A stretch of 64,000 nt of DNA from Gemmatimonas sp. (GCA_965279375.1 OZ257156.1:2432001-2496000); one strand, 5' to 3'; numbered from the stretch's first letter, positions 9,500 through 19,702 are shown. Program-made: numbers and translations. Notes: generated by a model from the sequence alone, not told the origin.

Positions 9500-11140
9500 C
9501 TACCGACCGCCGAATCGGCGCTTCCAGTCGATCACGGACAATTGACCGACGCGATGTATCGAGTGCACGCCGTCCATGTTTCGCCATGGCAACGGTGTCA
9601 CCTCGCCGACCGCGTGCTCGGCGAAGTGCTGTGCGCTGAGATGGTCAACCGCGTGCAGCCGTAGTGCCGCGCCGTATCGAGGCGTGCACACCTGCCCGGG
9701 CCGGATCAATACGCCGTCGCTATCGCGCCAGAGCGCGCCGGCCGGCCGGCTGCCGACCGCGCTGCGCCTGACTGGATTGCCCGTGTGCGCTGCCCACGGA
9801 CCCGTCACATCGTCGGCCGTATAGAGATGAAGCTCATCCCATGCCGGCGCGTTACGGTTGGCGACCGTGACGAACATCCACCAACGATCACCGTCGTGAT
9901 GCAGCGTCGCATCGACGGCGTCGACGTCATCGATCAGCGTACCGATGCGCTGCCATCCATCCGGAAAGTTCGTCGCGCGATACAGCTCCACGCAGCGCGC
10001 TTCACTGGTTTCAGGGATCATGTACCACATGCCACGATCCTGAAACACGAACGGATACGACAGGTGGTACGGCCGCTCCAGCACGCGGCGCGGCGCGCCG
10101 ATCACACCGTGCGGGCCGTACTCCACCACCTCGATGGTCCCCTTTCCAGACCAGCGCGGCATCTGCTCGAAGAAGATCCAGTAGCGATCGCCATCGAGCG
10201 CGACGAACGGATCCGCCCAAAACTGTGACGAAGGCGTTTCCAGAGTCTGGTATCGCGAAAGGTCCAGACAGGGCGTTGTGCTCCCGTCCGACGCATCGTG
10301 CCAATGCGCCGCAATACGCCACTGCGAACCGCCGCTGCGCTCGCGCAGCTGAGCGACCGTGTACTGCGCCAGTGCACGCAGCAGCGGGCGAGTGACACCG
10401 CTCACCGCCACCGCAGAGCGCGCGACTGTGCTCGATCCACTCGCAGTCGAGGCCTGCTTGCGCTGCGGCTCCCGAACCACCCACGAAGAGGCGGCCGCGG
10501 CATCCGCCGACTGCCACACAGCCGAACGAAGCACGCGTTCCAGAATTCCGCATGCGACCCAGCGCGTGTCGTTCGCGGTGAGGCGCGCATTCCACTCGTG
10601 CACAGGAAGCGCGTGCTCATAGAGAGGGATCGCCGCGCCCGCGGCCGTTCGGCGTTGCCAGACGACCAGCGGCGCTGTGGCGCTCTCGTTCGTGTCATCG
10701 TTGCGCAACACGGCGTTCGAGCCGGGCCAGTTCGCTGCGGCGGGATGCGCGGCAGGCCACCCGATCCACACGACACCGTGCGTCGCCAAGCGCGCGAGGT
10801 CAGCATCGGGCGGAGTGTCGGGCAGCCAGACCAGCAATGACGGCGTCGCATCGCCTCGCGCGTCGAGCGGGAGCATGTCGACCGTGCGCCACGACTCGAG
10901 GATCGTCGCATTGCTTCCGATGTCCCTGGCGGCATCGTGCTCCACCGTCGCACGAGCGGCAAGACGCCGATAGAGGCTTCCCAGCACGCCCCCGATGGGT
11001 ACGGCAGCGCGTGCATCAACGTGCCAGAGCAGCGCTGCATCGGCGTCCGCGCCTGCAACGCTGCGTATCCGTCCAAGCGTGTCACCGACCCACGCCGGTA
11101 CCGGTCCGCGCGGGATCGCGACGACCATCGACGGTGACAC
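9500..11140 (-). CDS. Glucosamine inositolphosphorylceramide transferase N-terminal-like (beta-propeller) protein
   Basis: C-terminal half has FWADPF, YHLSYPFVF, YMIPET, VDATL, RPAG and RPGQ...YG motifs seen in this EPS-cluster family. N-terminal half is low complexity. Confidence 0.65.
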   Translation of the reverse strand: MSPSMVVAIPRGPVPAWVGDTLGRIRSVAGADADAALLWHVDARAAVPIGGVLGSLYRRLAARATVEHDAARDIGSNATILESWRTVDMLPLDARGDATPSLLVWLPDTPPDADLARLATHGVVWIGWPAAHPAAANWPGSNAVLRNDDTNESATAPLVVWQRRTAAGAAIPLYEHALPVHEWNARLTANDTRWVACGILERVLRSAVWQSADAAAASSWVVREPQRKQASTASGSSTVARSAVAVSGVTRPLLRALAQYTVAQLRERSGGSQWRIAAHWHDASDGSTTPCLDLSRYQTLETPSSQFWADPFVALDGDRYWIFFEQMPRWSGKGTIEVVEYGPHGVIGAPRRVLERPYHLSYPFVFQDRGMWYMIPETSEARCVELYRATNFPDGWQRIGTLIDDVDAVDATLHHDGDRWWMFVTVANRNAPAWDELHLYTADDVTGPWAAHTGNPVRRSAVGSRPAGALWRDSDGVLIRPGQVCTPRYGAALRLHAVDHLSAQHFAEHAVGEVTPLPWRNMDGVHSIHRVGQLSVIDWKRRFGGR

Positions 11141-11166
11141 GTGTGGCTCTGTCGAAACGCTCGGCG

Positions 11167-12516
11167 CTACCAGGCGATCCCTTGATACTGCGGCGACGGC
11201 GTACGGTCTCCGAAGGCGCGCACCAGATCGATGATCATCTGCTGCTTGTCGAGCAGCTCGTGAGCGGTGCGGAACTCCGCGCTGCCGTTGCCGATCACCA
11301 CCGTCTCCGCGTGTGAGATGACGCTCGCGATATCCGGGCGCATCAGCTCCCAGATATGGGGAATCTCACGCTCGATGTATTCTCGATTCGCGCCAAGCAA
11401 TCGCGCCTTGGACACGTCACGGTCGAAGATCGCCACGTCGATGCCCTTGCCGATCAGTCGCTCGATGAGCGTCACCAGCGGGCTTTCACGCAGATCGTCG
11501 GTGCCCGCCTTGAACGCGAGACCCAGGACACCGACGCGTCGCGCGCCAGTTGCCATGACCATGCGGAACGCGCGATCGATCTGTCGATCGTTGCTTTCGA
11601 GCACCGCGCGCAGGATCGGCGCGTCGATGTCGAGCTGCTGCGCCCGATAGCTCACTGCGCGCAGGTCCTTTGGCAGGCAGGAGCCGCCGAAGGCAAATCC
11701 TGGCTTCAGGTACGCTGGCGAGATGTTGAGCTTCCGGTCTTCGCAGAACAGACGCATGACCTCGTGGCTGTCCACATTCAGTGCCTTGCAGACGTTGCCG
11801 ATTTCATTCGCGAAACCGACCTTGAGCCCGTGGAAGCAGTTGCACGCGTACTTCACCATTTCGGCAACGCGCACCGCAGTCACATGCACGGGCGACTCGA
11901 GCCCGGCGTAGAGGCTGCGCACGACGGCAGCGCTTTCCTCTTCGTCGGAGCCGATCAGCGTGAACGGCGGATCGTAGAAGTCGCGGATCGATGTACCTTC
12001 GCGCAGGAACTCCGGATTGGAGCAGACGCCGAAGTCGACGCCCGCCTTCAGACCGCTCGAGCGCTCGACCGCAGGAATCACCAGTTCGTGAATCGTGCCC
12101 GGGAGCACGGTGCTCCGAATGACCACGACATGGCGCTTGCCCTTGGTGGCGATCGCGGCGCCGATCTGCTCGCAGACGCGCTCCACGTACGACAGATCGA
12201 GACTGCCGTTCGGGCGACTCGGTGTACCCACGCACACGAGCGAAACGTCAGTGGCGTGCACCGCCTCCTCAACGCTGGCCGTGGCGCGAAGCCGGCCGAG
12301 GCCATGCATCTGCTTGACGAGTTCGGCGATGCCTTCCTCGACGATGGTGGCTTCACCGCGATTGACGATGTCCACCTTCGACGCGCTCACGTCAACGCCG
12401 ATGACCTGAAACCCCTCCTTCGCAAAGCACGCGGCGGAGACACAACCGACATAACCGAGACCAAAAACACTGACTGCAGGCATAGTCCTAAAGTTGGAGG
12501 CTTGGGGCGAAGTCAT
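11167..12516 (-). CDS. Nucleotide-sugar 6-dehydrogenase, GDP-mannose dehydrogenase (AlgD)-like
   Basis: VFGLGYVG, CVGTPS..NGSLDL, NPEFLREG, YLKPGFAFGGSCLPKD, GTDDLRESP. ATG overlaps the upstream TGA (TGATG). Confidence 0.88.
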   Translation of the reverse strand: MTSPQASNFRTMPAVSVFGLGYVGCVSAACFAKEGFQVIGVDVSASKVDIVNRGEATIVEEGIAELVKQMHGLGRLRATASVEEAVHATDVSLVCVGTPSRPNGSLDLSYVERVCEQIGAAIATKGKRHVVVIRSTVLPGTIHELVIPAVERSSGLKAGVDFGVCSNPEFLREGTSIRDFYDPPFTLIGSDEEESAAVVRSLYAGLESPVHVTAVRVAEMVKYACNCFHGLKVGFANEIGNVCKALNVDSHEVMRLFCEDRKLNISPAYLKPGFAFGGSCLPKDLRAVSYRAQQLDIDAPILRAVLESNDRQIDRAFRMVMATGARRVGVLGLAFKAGTDDLRESPLVTLIERLIGKGIDVAIFDRDVSKARLLGANREYIEREIPHIWELMRPDIASVISHAETVVIGNGSAEFRTAHELLDKQQMIIDLVRAFGDRTPSPQYQGIAW

Positions 12517-14465
12517 CAGGCGGCTGCACGCCGCGACAGGACGGGCATGACGCGATCGATCGCTTCTCCGTCGAAGGCGATGCGCTGCCAGATCTCAAAG
12601 TTCATCAACATCCACAACCGCTCGGCGTGATTCGCACGACCCGCCTGGTGATCGGCGACGAGCTGCCGGATCGTGTCGGCGTCGAACAGCGCGCGCGACC
12701 GCGCGCGCTCCGAGAGCACGAATTCGTCGAGCAGGTGGCGATACGGGCCGCGTACCCACGCGCCGATCGGCACCGGGAAACCCATCTTCTTGCGAGAGAG
12801 GATCTCCTCGGGGAGCCGTCCGGCCATCGCCTTGCGCAGAATCACCTTGGTGGTGAGACCCTGCAGGCGGAGATGCTCCGGCAGGCGGCTTGCCCACTCG
12901 GCCAGTGGATGATCGAGGAACGGCACGCGGCTCTCGATCGAGGCGGCCATGCTCATCTGGTCCTGCTTCATCAGCAGTTCCTGCAGATACGTCTTGGTAT
13001 CCGCAAAGAGCAGACGCTGCAGCAGGCTGGCGCTCGGGAACTGATCGAACGCACGGTGCGCCGCCGCATACGGGTCCACGTCGCCCAGCTCGGCACGCAC
13101 GTCCGGCGACAGCAACCGCTGCTGCCAACGCCGTCCGAACACCGCGAAGTTGTCGAAGTAGAGCGTGTCGAGATCGGTGTCGAGCGACAGGAAGGTGCGC
13201 GTGAGCTTGCGCGCGATGCCCATGTGTGGCGCGAGTCCCGCGAGGCCACTGCGCACGGCGCTGCGAAAGATCGCGGGCGTAGACCGCTGGTACGCGCCCC
13301 CGAAGCGCGAGTTGAGGAGCGTCATCCTGTAGCGATTGTAGCCAGCCAGTACTTCATCGCTGCCTTCGCCGGTGAGCACCACCTTCACCTGCTCGGACGC
13401 CAGCTTCGAGACGAAATAAAGCGCGACGCTCGACGGGTGCGCGATCGGCTCGTCTTCGTGCCACACCAGACGCGGAAGCGCCGTGAAGAACTCGTCGGGC
13501 GAGACCACGACTTCGTGATGACTCGTCTTGAACTTCTCCGCCACCATGCGCGCGTACGCGAATTCGTTCGCTTCTCGCTCAGCGAATGCCACGGAGAACG
13601 TCTTGATCGGCTCGGAGACGAGTTCGCTCATCACCGCCGTGATCGCCGCCGAGTCGATGCCACCGGAGAGGAACATGCCCAGTGGCACGTCGCTCATCAG
13701 TCGCAGGCGCACCGCTTCCGTGAATCGCTCGGAGTACTCGGCGACCAGCGCGCTGTCCGTGCCGGTGAGGGTATCCGTGTTGGAAACGGGCAGCTCCCAA
13801 TACTGCGAAATCGCAATGGTGCCGTCGCGCCAGATGAGCGTGTGGCCGGCCGGCAGCCGGAGGATCCCTTCGAACAACGTTTCGTTGCCGCTGGGGGCGT
13901 AGTTGGCGAGGTAGTCGGGCAACGCGCGGCGATTGAGCGTCGGCGTGACCATGCCGGACGCGAGAATCCCCTTGATCTCCGATGCAAAGAGCAGCGTGCC
14001 GTCAGCGAGGTGCGCGTAGTACAGCGGCTTGACGCCGAATCGGTCGCGCGCGAGAAACAGTTCACGGCGCGCGTCATCCCACAGGGCGATCGCGAACATG
14101 CCACGCATCTGCTTCACGCTGTGCTGCCGCTCCGCTTCGAACAACCGCAGCACCGTCTCCGTATCGCTGCGCGTGCGATAGACTACACCGCGCGATTCGA
14201 GATCGGCCTTGAGCGTCGGGTGATTGAACACCTCGCCGTTGTACACGACATGCAGGTGCCCATCGTCGCTCGTCATCGGCTGATGCCCATGCGAGACATC
14301 GACGATGCTCAAGCGGCGGTGTCCAAGCGCCACACCACGGCCGAGGTAGAGTCCGGCATCGTCCGGGCCGCGATGCACGAGCGAGTCGCGCATGCGCAGG
14401 ACACACGCCTCGTCCGCCTGTCGACCCGACGTCGGGCCAACCACGATACCTGCTATTCCGCACAT
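12516..14465 (-). CDS. asnB: Asparagine synthase-family amidotransferase #2
   Basis: MCGIAG N-terminus; HRGPD, LSGGIDS, GEGSDE, ESRVPFLD and KKMGF motifs. Confidence 0.92.
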   Translation of the reverse strand: MCGIAGIVVGPTSGRQADEACVLRMRDSLVHRGPDDAGLYLGRGVALGHRRLSIVDVSHGHQPMTSDDGHLHVVYNGEVFNHPTLKADLESRGVVYRTRSDTETVLRLFEAERQHSVKQMRGMFAIALWDDARRELFLARDRFGVKPLYYAHLADGTLLFASEIKGILASGMVTPTLNRRALPDYLANYAPSGNETLFEGILRLPAGHTLIWRDGTIAISQYWELPVSNTDTLTGTDSALVAEYSERFTEAVRLRLMSDVPLGMFLSGGIDSAAITAVMSELVSEPIKTFSVAFAEREANEFAYARMVAEKFKTSHHEVVVSPDEFFTALPRLVWHEDEPIAHPSSVALYFVSKLASEQVKVVLTGEGSDEVLAGYNRYRMTLLNSRFGGAYQRSTPAIFRSAVRSGLAGLAPHMGIARKLTRTFLSLDTDLDTLYFDNFAVFGRRWQQRLLSPDVRAELGDVDPYAAAHRAFDQFPSASLLQRLLFADTKTYLQELLMKQDQMSMAASIESRVPFLDHPLAEWASRLPEHLRLQGLTTKVILRKAMAGRLPEEILSRKKMGFPVPIGAWVRGPYRHLLDEFVLSERARSRALFDADTIRQLVADHQAGRANHAERLWMLMNFEIWQRIAFDGEAIDRVMPVLSRRAAA

Positions 14466-14488
14466 GCCTCAGTCCTCGTTACGACGGT

Positions 14489-16330
14489 TCACGCGTGGGC
14501 ACGCGCGCCAAGCCACGTATGCAGCACCATCAAGCGCCATAGCATCTCCGAGTGATCGCGACGGCCGGACAGGTGCTCGGCGACCAGGCGACGGTAGGCA
14601 TGACGATCGACCACGTCGAACAGACGGCCCTCGGCGTCGATCTCCTCGAGACGGTAGCGCAGCGGACCGCGAAACCAGTCATGCAACGGCACGGCGAAGC
14701 CCTGCTTCTTCTTTTGCAGGACCACTGGTGGCACCAATCCCTCGATCGCCTTGCGGAAGATCCACTTGCCGGTGCCGTCGCGCAGCTTGAACCGCGACGG
14801 CAACGACAGGGCGAATTCCACGAAATGGTGATCGAGCAACGGCACGCGCGCTTCCAACGACACCCGCATGCTCATGCGATCCACCTTCGTCAGGATGTCG
14901 CCTGGCAGATAGCTCTGCAAATCGACCTGCATCATCTGCGCCGGAAAATCGGCGTCCGCCGTGGAGTCGAACCACGGTGACATCAGCGCGTCGAGACTCA
15001 CCGCGCGCTGCATCACCTCGGTTCGGACGACACCCCCTTCCTCCACCGGCAGCGGCAGCGCGACCGTGCTGGCATACTGGCCGCGACGCGTGCGCGCGAC
15101 GTTGAGAAGGTAATTGCGGCCGTAGGCACCCATGGGCAGTCGCGATGCAACTCCGTGCGCCACGGCACGTGCCACGGCGCCGGGCTGCGGCACCTTGAGC
15201 GCGGTATCGTAGCGGGTGTATCCACCGAACAGTTCGTCTCCACCGTCGCCGGATAGCGACACGGTCACGTGCTGACGCGCGAGCTGCGAAACGAGAAAGG
15301 TGGGCAGCGCCGATGAGTCCGCGAACGGCTCGTCGAAGCCGAGCAGCAACTCGTCGATGAGGCCGTCCGCCTCGGGGCGCACGATGAGTTCGGTGTGTTC
15401 CGTGCCGATCGCGTCGGCGACGCGCCGCGCATCGGGGGCTTCGTTGTGTGTCTTCGAGTCGAAGCCGATGGCGAACGTCTTGACCGGTCGCGACAGGAGG
15501 CGCGCCATCTGTGCGACGACCGTGGACGAATCCACGCCGCCCGACAGGAACGCGCCCAGTGGCACTTCCGACTCGAGGTGGCACGAGACCGCATCTTCCA
15601 GCTGGCGGCGCAGCTCCGCGACGGCTTCGTCTTCCGAGATGTCGTGGATCGGACGCGCCGTCGGGCTCCAGTACGTGGAATCGGTGATGCCCGCCGCAGT
15701 CCAGGCCAGACGATGCCCCGGCTCGAGCTTGCTGATCCCCGGGAAGATGCTCAGCGGGTCGGGCACGTAGCCGAGCGCGAGGTACCGGAGCAGCGCATCC
15801 CGCGAGACGGTCGTTGGGAAGTTCGGGAGCTGTTGCAGCGACTTGAGTTCGGAGGCGAACGCAATGCCGCCGTCGTGCGGCCAGACGTAGAGCGGCTTGA
15901 TGCCAAGGCGGTCGCGCGCGAGCAGCAGACGGCTGCGAGGCACGTCCCAGAGGGCGATCCCGAACATGCCGCGCAGATGCTCGACTACGGCGTCGCCCCA
16001 CTCCTCGTAGCCGTGGACGATCGTCTCCGTATCGCTGTGCGTGCGGAACACGTGTCCGCGCAATTCGAGTTCGCGGCGCAGCTCGCGGTGGTTGTAGATC
16101 TCGCCATTGAAGACCACCTGGACGGTGCTGTCTTCGTTGGCGATGGGCTGCCAGCCACCGGTGACGTCGATGATGCTGAGGCGCCGCATGCCGAGGGCGA
16201 CGTGCGGAAGCAGCAGGCGGCCTTCACCATCGGGACCGCGATGGCGAATGACCCCGCACATGTCGGAGAGGCGCTGTTCGGCTTCGTCCCCACGGAGCGA
16301 CAGGCCTGCCCAACCTGCAATGCCGCACAT
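14489..16330 (-). CDS. asnB: Asparagine synthase-family amidotransferase #3
   Basis: MCGIAG, HRGPD, LSGGVDS, SGDGGDELFGGY, YLPGDILTKVDRMSM..SLEARVP. GGAGG RBS upstream. Confidence 0.92.
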   Translation of the reverse strand: MCGIAGWAGLSLRGDEAEQRLSDMCGVIRHRGPDGEGRLLLPHVALGMRRLSIIDVTGGWQPIANEDSTVQVVFNGEIYNHRELRRELELRGHVFRTHSDTETIVHGYEEWGDAVVEHLRGMFGIALWDVPRSRLLLARDRLGIKPLYVWPHDGGIAFASELKSLQQLPNFPTTVSRDALLRYLALGYVPDPLSIFPGISKLEPGHRLAWTAAGITDSTYWSPTARPIHDISEDEAVAELRRQLEDAVSCHLESEVPLGAFLSGGVDSSTVVAQMARLLSRPVKTFAIGFDSKTHNEAPDARRVADAIGTEHTELIVRPEADGLIDELLLGFDEPFADSSALPTFLVSQLARQHVTVSLSGDGGDELFGGYTRYDTALKVPQPGAVARAVAHGVASRLPMGAYGRNYLLNVARTRRGQYASTVALPLPVEEGGVVRTEVMQRAVSLDALMSPWFDSTADADFPAQMMQVDLQSYLPGDILTKVDRMSMRVSLEARVPLLDHHFVEFALSLPSRFKLRDGTGKWIFRKAIEGLVPPVVLQKKKQGFAVPLHDWFRGPLRYRLEEIDAEGRLFDVVDRHAYRRLVAEHLSGRRDHSEMLWRLMVLHTWLGARAHA

Positions 16331-16377
16331 CAGCGTACCTCCAATCGTTCGGTAGTTGGCCCTTTCGGGTTCGCTGG

Positions 16378-16407
16378 TGTGACGCAGACACGGCTCGTAG
16401 CGTCACA
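16378..16407. promoter_or_regulatory. Inverted repeat TGTGACGC-N14-GCGTCACA in divergent promoter region
   Basis: Perfect 8-bp inverted repeat between divergent asnB#3 and the GT4 gene. TATAAC at 16435-16440 is a possible -10. Confidence 0.4.
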
Positions 16408-16523
16408 GAAGGCCAACCGGATAGACTGACACAGTATAACCGTCCGGTATGGTGCTGGCCTGCCCCCGCCGGCGTACCATGCGCGCCGCGTGGGAGTTCG
16501 CCTTCGTCCGTCCTTGCCTTCGC

Positions 16524-17762
16524 ATGAAGATTCTCTGGGTCAATCAGTATTTCCTCCACCCGACCGAACGGGGCGGACAGATTCGGTCGATGGGTATTCT
16601 CAAGCCGCTGCATCAGCGGCATGAGGTGCACTACGCCGCGCTGTCGGATCCGAACTCGAGCGTGGGGCTGGACATGGCGCACACGTTCAGCACGCGGGCC
16701 TACGCCATTCCGCATCCGGTCGTGCCTCGCACCTCGCCGGCATTCCTGCTGCAGGTGCTCAAGCACATCTTCTTTTCTCGGCTCCCGTTGGCGGTGGAGC
16801 GCTACCACTCACGTCAGCTGCGTGAGACGGTCGCCCAGCTGATGCAGCGTGAGAAATTCGACGCAGTGGTGTGCGACTTCGCGGCCAGCGGCGTGAACAT
16901 GCCGCATCTCTCCGGGGCCGTGCTCTTTCAGCACAACGTCGAGACGACGATCTTCGAACGGCACGCCGAGCACGCGAAGACGCCGCTGCACCGCTGGTTC
17001 TACGCGATGCAGGCGCGACGCATGCACGACTACGAAGCGCGAGTCTGCCGGGAGAGTGCGCACGTGATCGCGGTGTCGCCGGTGGACGCGCAGCGCATGC
17101 GCGAGATGTTCGGCATCACGCATGTATCGGATGTCGCCACGGGCGTCGATGTGGAATCGCTGACGCATCCGGGCACGACGGAACGACCCACCGATTTCGT
17201 CTTCGTCGGCTCGATGGATTGGCTGCCGAACATCGACGGCATGCTCTGGTTTGCCGACGAGATCCTGCCGATTCTCCGTCGCCACAAGCCCAACTGCACG
17301 GTCTCGATCGTGGGGCGTCGCCCGGACGCGCGGCTGGTCGCGCTGGCGGCGGCGGACCCGCTCATCACTGTCACCGGCACGGTGGACGACGTTCGCCCGC
17401 ACCTGTGGGGTTCGCGCGTATCCGTGCTCCCGCTGCGGGTGGGCGGGGGGACGCGCATGAAGGTCTACGAGGCGATGGCCGCCGGTATCCCGATGGTGTC
17501 GACGAGTGTCGGCATGGAGGGGCTGGCTTGCGTCCCCGGCCGGGATTTGCTGGTTGGCGATACCGCCGAAGCGTTCGCGGCGCACTGCCTCACGCTACTC
17601 GACAACGAGACCCTGGGAAACACTCTTGCGGCCAGCGCGCTCAAGCTCGTCACCGAAGAGTGCTCGTGGGAGTCGGTCTCGCGTCAGTTCGAAGACATGA
17701 TGGTGGCAGGCGCGGGCGCCGTAGGTTCGACGAGCCAGCCGGCCTCGGTGGCCGACCGATAA
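16524..17762 (+). CDS. GT4 glycosyltransferase (similar to exosortase-system-associated sugar transferases)
   Basis: MKILW...P...GG.IR, HNVE, FVGSMDWLPNIDG, PLRVGGGTRMKVYEAMAAG. Start moved to ATG 16524. Confidence 0.88.
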   Translation: MKILWVNQYFLHPTERGGQIRSMGILKPLHQRHEVHYAALSDPNSSVGLDMAHTFSTRAYAIPHPVVPRTSPAFLLQVLKHIFFSRLPLAVERYHSRQLRETVAQLMQREKFDAVVCDFAASGVNMPHLSGAVLFQHNVETTIFERHAEHAKTPLHRWFYAMQARRMHDYEARVCRESAHVIAVSPVDAQRMREMFGITHVSDVATGVDVESLTHPGTTERPTDFVFVGSMDWLPNIDGMLWFADEILPILRRHKPNCTVSIVGRRPDARLVALAAADPLITVTGTVDDVRPHLWGSRVSVLPLRVGGGTRMKVYEAMAAGIPMVSTSVGMEGLACVPGRDLLVGDTAEAFAAHCLTLLDNETLGNTLAASALKLVTEECSWESVSRQFEDMMVAGAGAVGSTSQPASVADR

Positions 17763-19702
17763 AACGAGCGCGCGTGGTTGGCCGAGAGCCACGCATCGAG
17801 CCGTGCGTCTTCAGGCAGTCGCACGATTAGTGCGAGCGGACGACCGAGCTGCTGGCGGATGCTCGCCAGCGACGCGGCCCGCGTCGAATCGCTCTCGGCG
17901 GTGAAGAGTTCGCGCTGCACCGTGCGCCGTTCCTTGACCAGATCCATCGAGTAGCCGCGGAAACCCTTGTACAAGCCGTCGGCCGGTACTCCGAGGCCAT
18001 GTGGCGCGATGTTCTTCGACAGGACGAAGAGCGGTCGTTGTGTTGGCGTTGCGAGATCGAAGGGCAGCCACTCCGACAGCACCACGGCATCCTTGGGGGT
18101 CGACATTCGGATCGAGTCCATCAGCGCGGCACCGCGTTCGTTGGGCGCGAGTCTGGTATCGAAGGTCGAGAAACTCACCGCTGGCGGATTCGTGAAGTTC
18201 ACCGGTGCGTGATACCGACGGTACAGGTGCGGCACCGCCAGCACGACGGAGCCGGCGATGAGCAACGGCCACGCGCCCGACTTCGTCCGGCGCAACATGC
18301 GTTCGATGCCGATCGCCGCGAACGGCGCGAGGAAGAACCCCGCGTTGAACATGTACTTGTACTGGTTCGAGATCACGATCGACAGCGCGATGTTCAGCAG
18401 CAGACTGCCAGCGCACGAGAGTGCCAGTACGACGAACGTTGCACCGTAGGTGCGCGCGACGGACATGAGCACAGGGAGCGCCGTGATCCAGAGCGGCGCC
18501 AATGCGATTGCTGCGGTGGCCGTGTGGCCCTTCATGCGCCACAGCGAGGCGAGGCCCATCGTCTCGGTCGCGACGCGATCGGTGAACACCGCGCGCATCC
18601 AGAGCTGCTCCGCCACGAAGCTCGCAACGAGCGCCAGCGCGAGCCACGCCACGGTCGCTCGATTGCTCGCGTCACCGCTGCGTACGTCGCGCACGACCAG
18701 CACGAGTGCTGCGGCACCGACGGGCACCGCCGCCGCAGGCCACAGGATGGGGTATACGAGCGAGACAGACGTCAGGAGCACCGCGAGCAGCAACACACGA
18801 CCGCGATCGACTCCGCGCGTCACCAGATCGACGGCGAGGAGCCCGATGGCTGCACAGAGCGCGATGCCGAAACCGTTCTGCTGAAAGACGCCGAACTTGC
18901 GGAACCACACTTCGTAGCGAGAGTCGCCCCACACCGGATACCGCTTGGTGAACGCAGCGCTCGCGTATCGCTCGCCAAGTGGACCGACATAGTTGATCCC
19001 GAAGCAGAGCGCGATCGTGCCGGCAACCTGCGCAAGGCGCGACCCACCAATGGCGGCGATGAGTTCTGCGAGCAGCGCCACCGTCGCCACGAGCGTCACG
19101 ATGTTCAGCAGCATGAAGCTCGATCCCGGTGCCGAATCCAGCAGCCAGCTGAACAACGCCTGCTGAATGTGCCCGAGCCACGGATAGGCGAGCGCGATGC
19201 CCGCGAGCATCGGCTCCTCGGGGCGCAGCTCACCATTCGAAATCATGTACGTGATTTCCGAATGCAGCCACGCGTGGCCCCAATTGCCACGCACGGCGAC
19301 ATCGCCCGTCCAGATTGCGAGATAAGCGCCAACGAGCACCGCGGGAATGGACCACGCGAAGATCGCCTGCGGCCGTGGGAACGTGGGCCATCCCGCGCGA
19401 CGAAACGCGAGGCCTAGCGCCGGCAGGTTAACCACCGCCAGCGCGATCGCAGTTTGCGCGAACGAGAGTCCCAGCCAGCGAAGCGGATAGAACTGCGCCG
19501 GCAGCACGACCGTCGAGAGAATGACGGAGTAGCTGATGCGTGCGCGGAAGGAGGTGCCGGGAAGACTGAGGCCGAACGCCAGCCACGCTCCCGGCAGCAC
19601 CAATAATCCGAGTCCGGCAACGACTCCCAAGACTCCGAGCACGAATACCCTCCCTAACGAGAGCTCCGACAGCGGCGTTCGCAGTGATCGGCCGCTGGCC
19701 AC
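17684..19702 (-). CDS. Polytopic membrane protein, possible GT-C-fold glycan-modifying enzyme
   Basis: More than 10 hydrophobic segments, an early extracytoplasmic loop (WGHAWLH...YPWLGH) and a soluble C-terminal domain. Family not recognised. Confidence 0.6.
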   Translation of the reverse strand: MASGRSLRTPLSELSLGRVFVLGVLGVVAGLGLLVLPGAWLAFGLSLPGTSFRARISYSVILSTVVLPAQFYPLRWLGLSFAQTAIALAVVNLPALGLAFRRAGWPTFPRPQAIFAWSIPAVLVGAYLAIWTGDVAVRGNWGHAWLHSEITYMISNGELRPEEPMLAGIALAYPWLGHIQQALFSWLLDSAPGSSFMLLNIVTLVATVALLAELIAAIGGSRLAQVAGTIALCFGINYVGPLGERYASAAFTKRYPVWGDSRYEVWFRKFGVFQQNGFGIALCAAIGLLAVDLVTRGVDRGRVLLLAVLLTSVSLVYPILWPAAAVPVGAAALVLVVRDVRSGDASNRATVAWLALALVASFVAEQLWMRAVFTDRVATETMGLASLWRMKGHTATAAIALAPLWITALPVLMSVARTYGATFVVLALSCAGSLLLNIALSIVISNQYKYMFNAGFFLAPFAAIGIERMLRRTKSGAWPLLIAGSVVLAVPHLYRRYHAPVNFTNPPAVSFSTFDTRLAPNERGAALMDSIRMSTPKDAVVLSEWLPFDLATPTQRPLFVLSKNIAPHGLGVPADGLYKGFRGYSMDLVKERRTVQRELFTAESDSTRAASLASIRQQLGRPLALIVRLPEDARLDAWLSANHARSFYRSATEAGWLVEPTAPAPATIMSSN

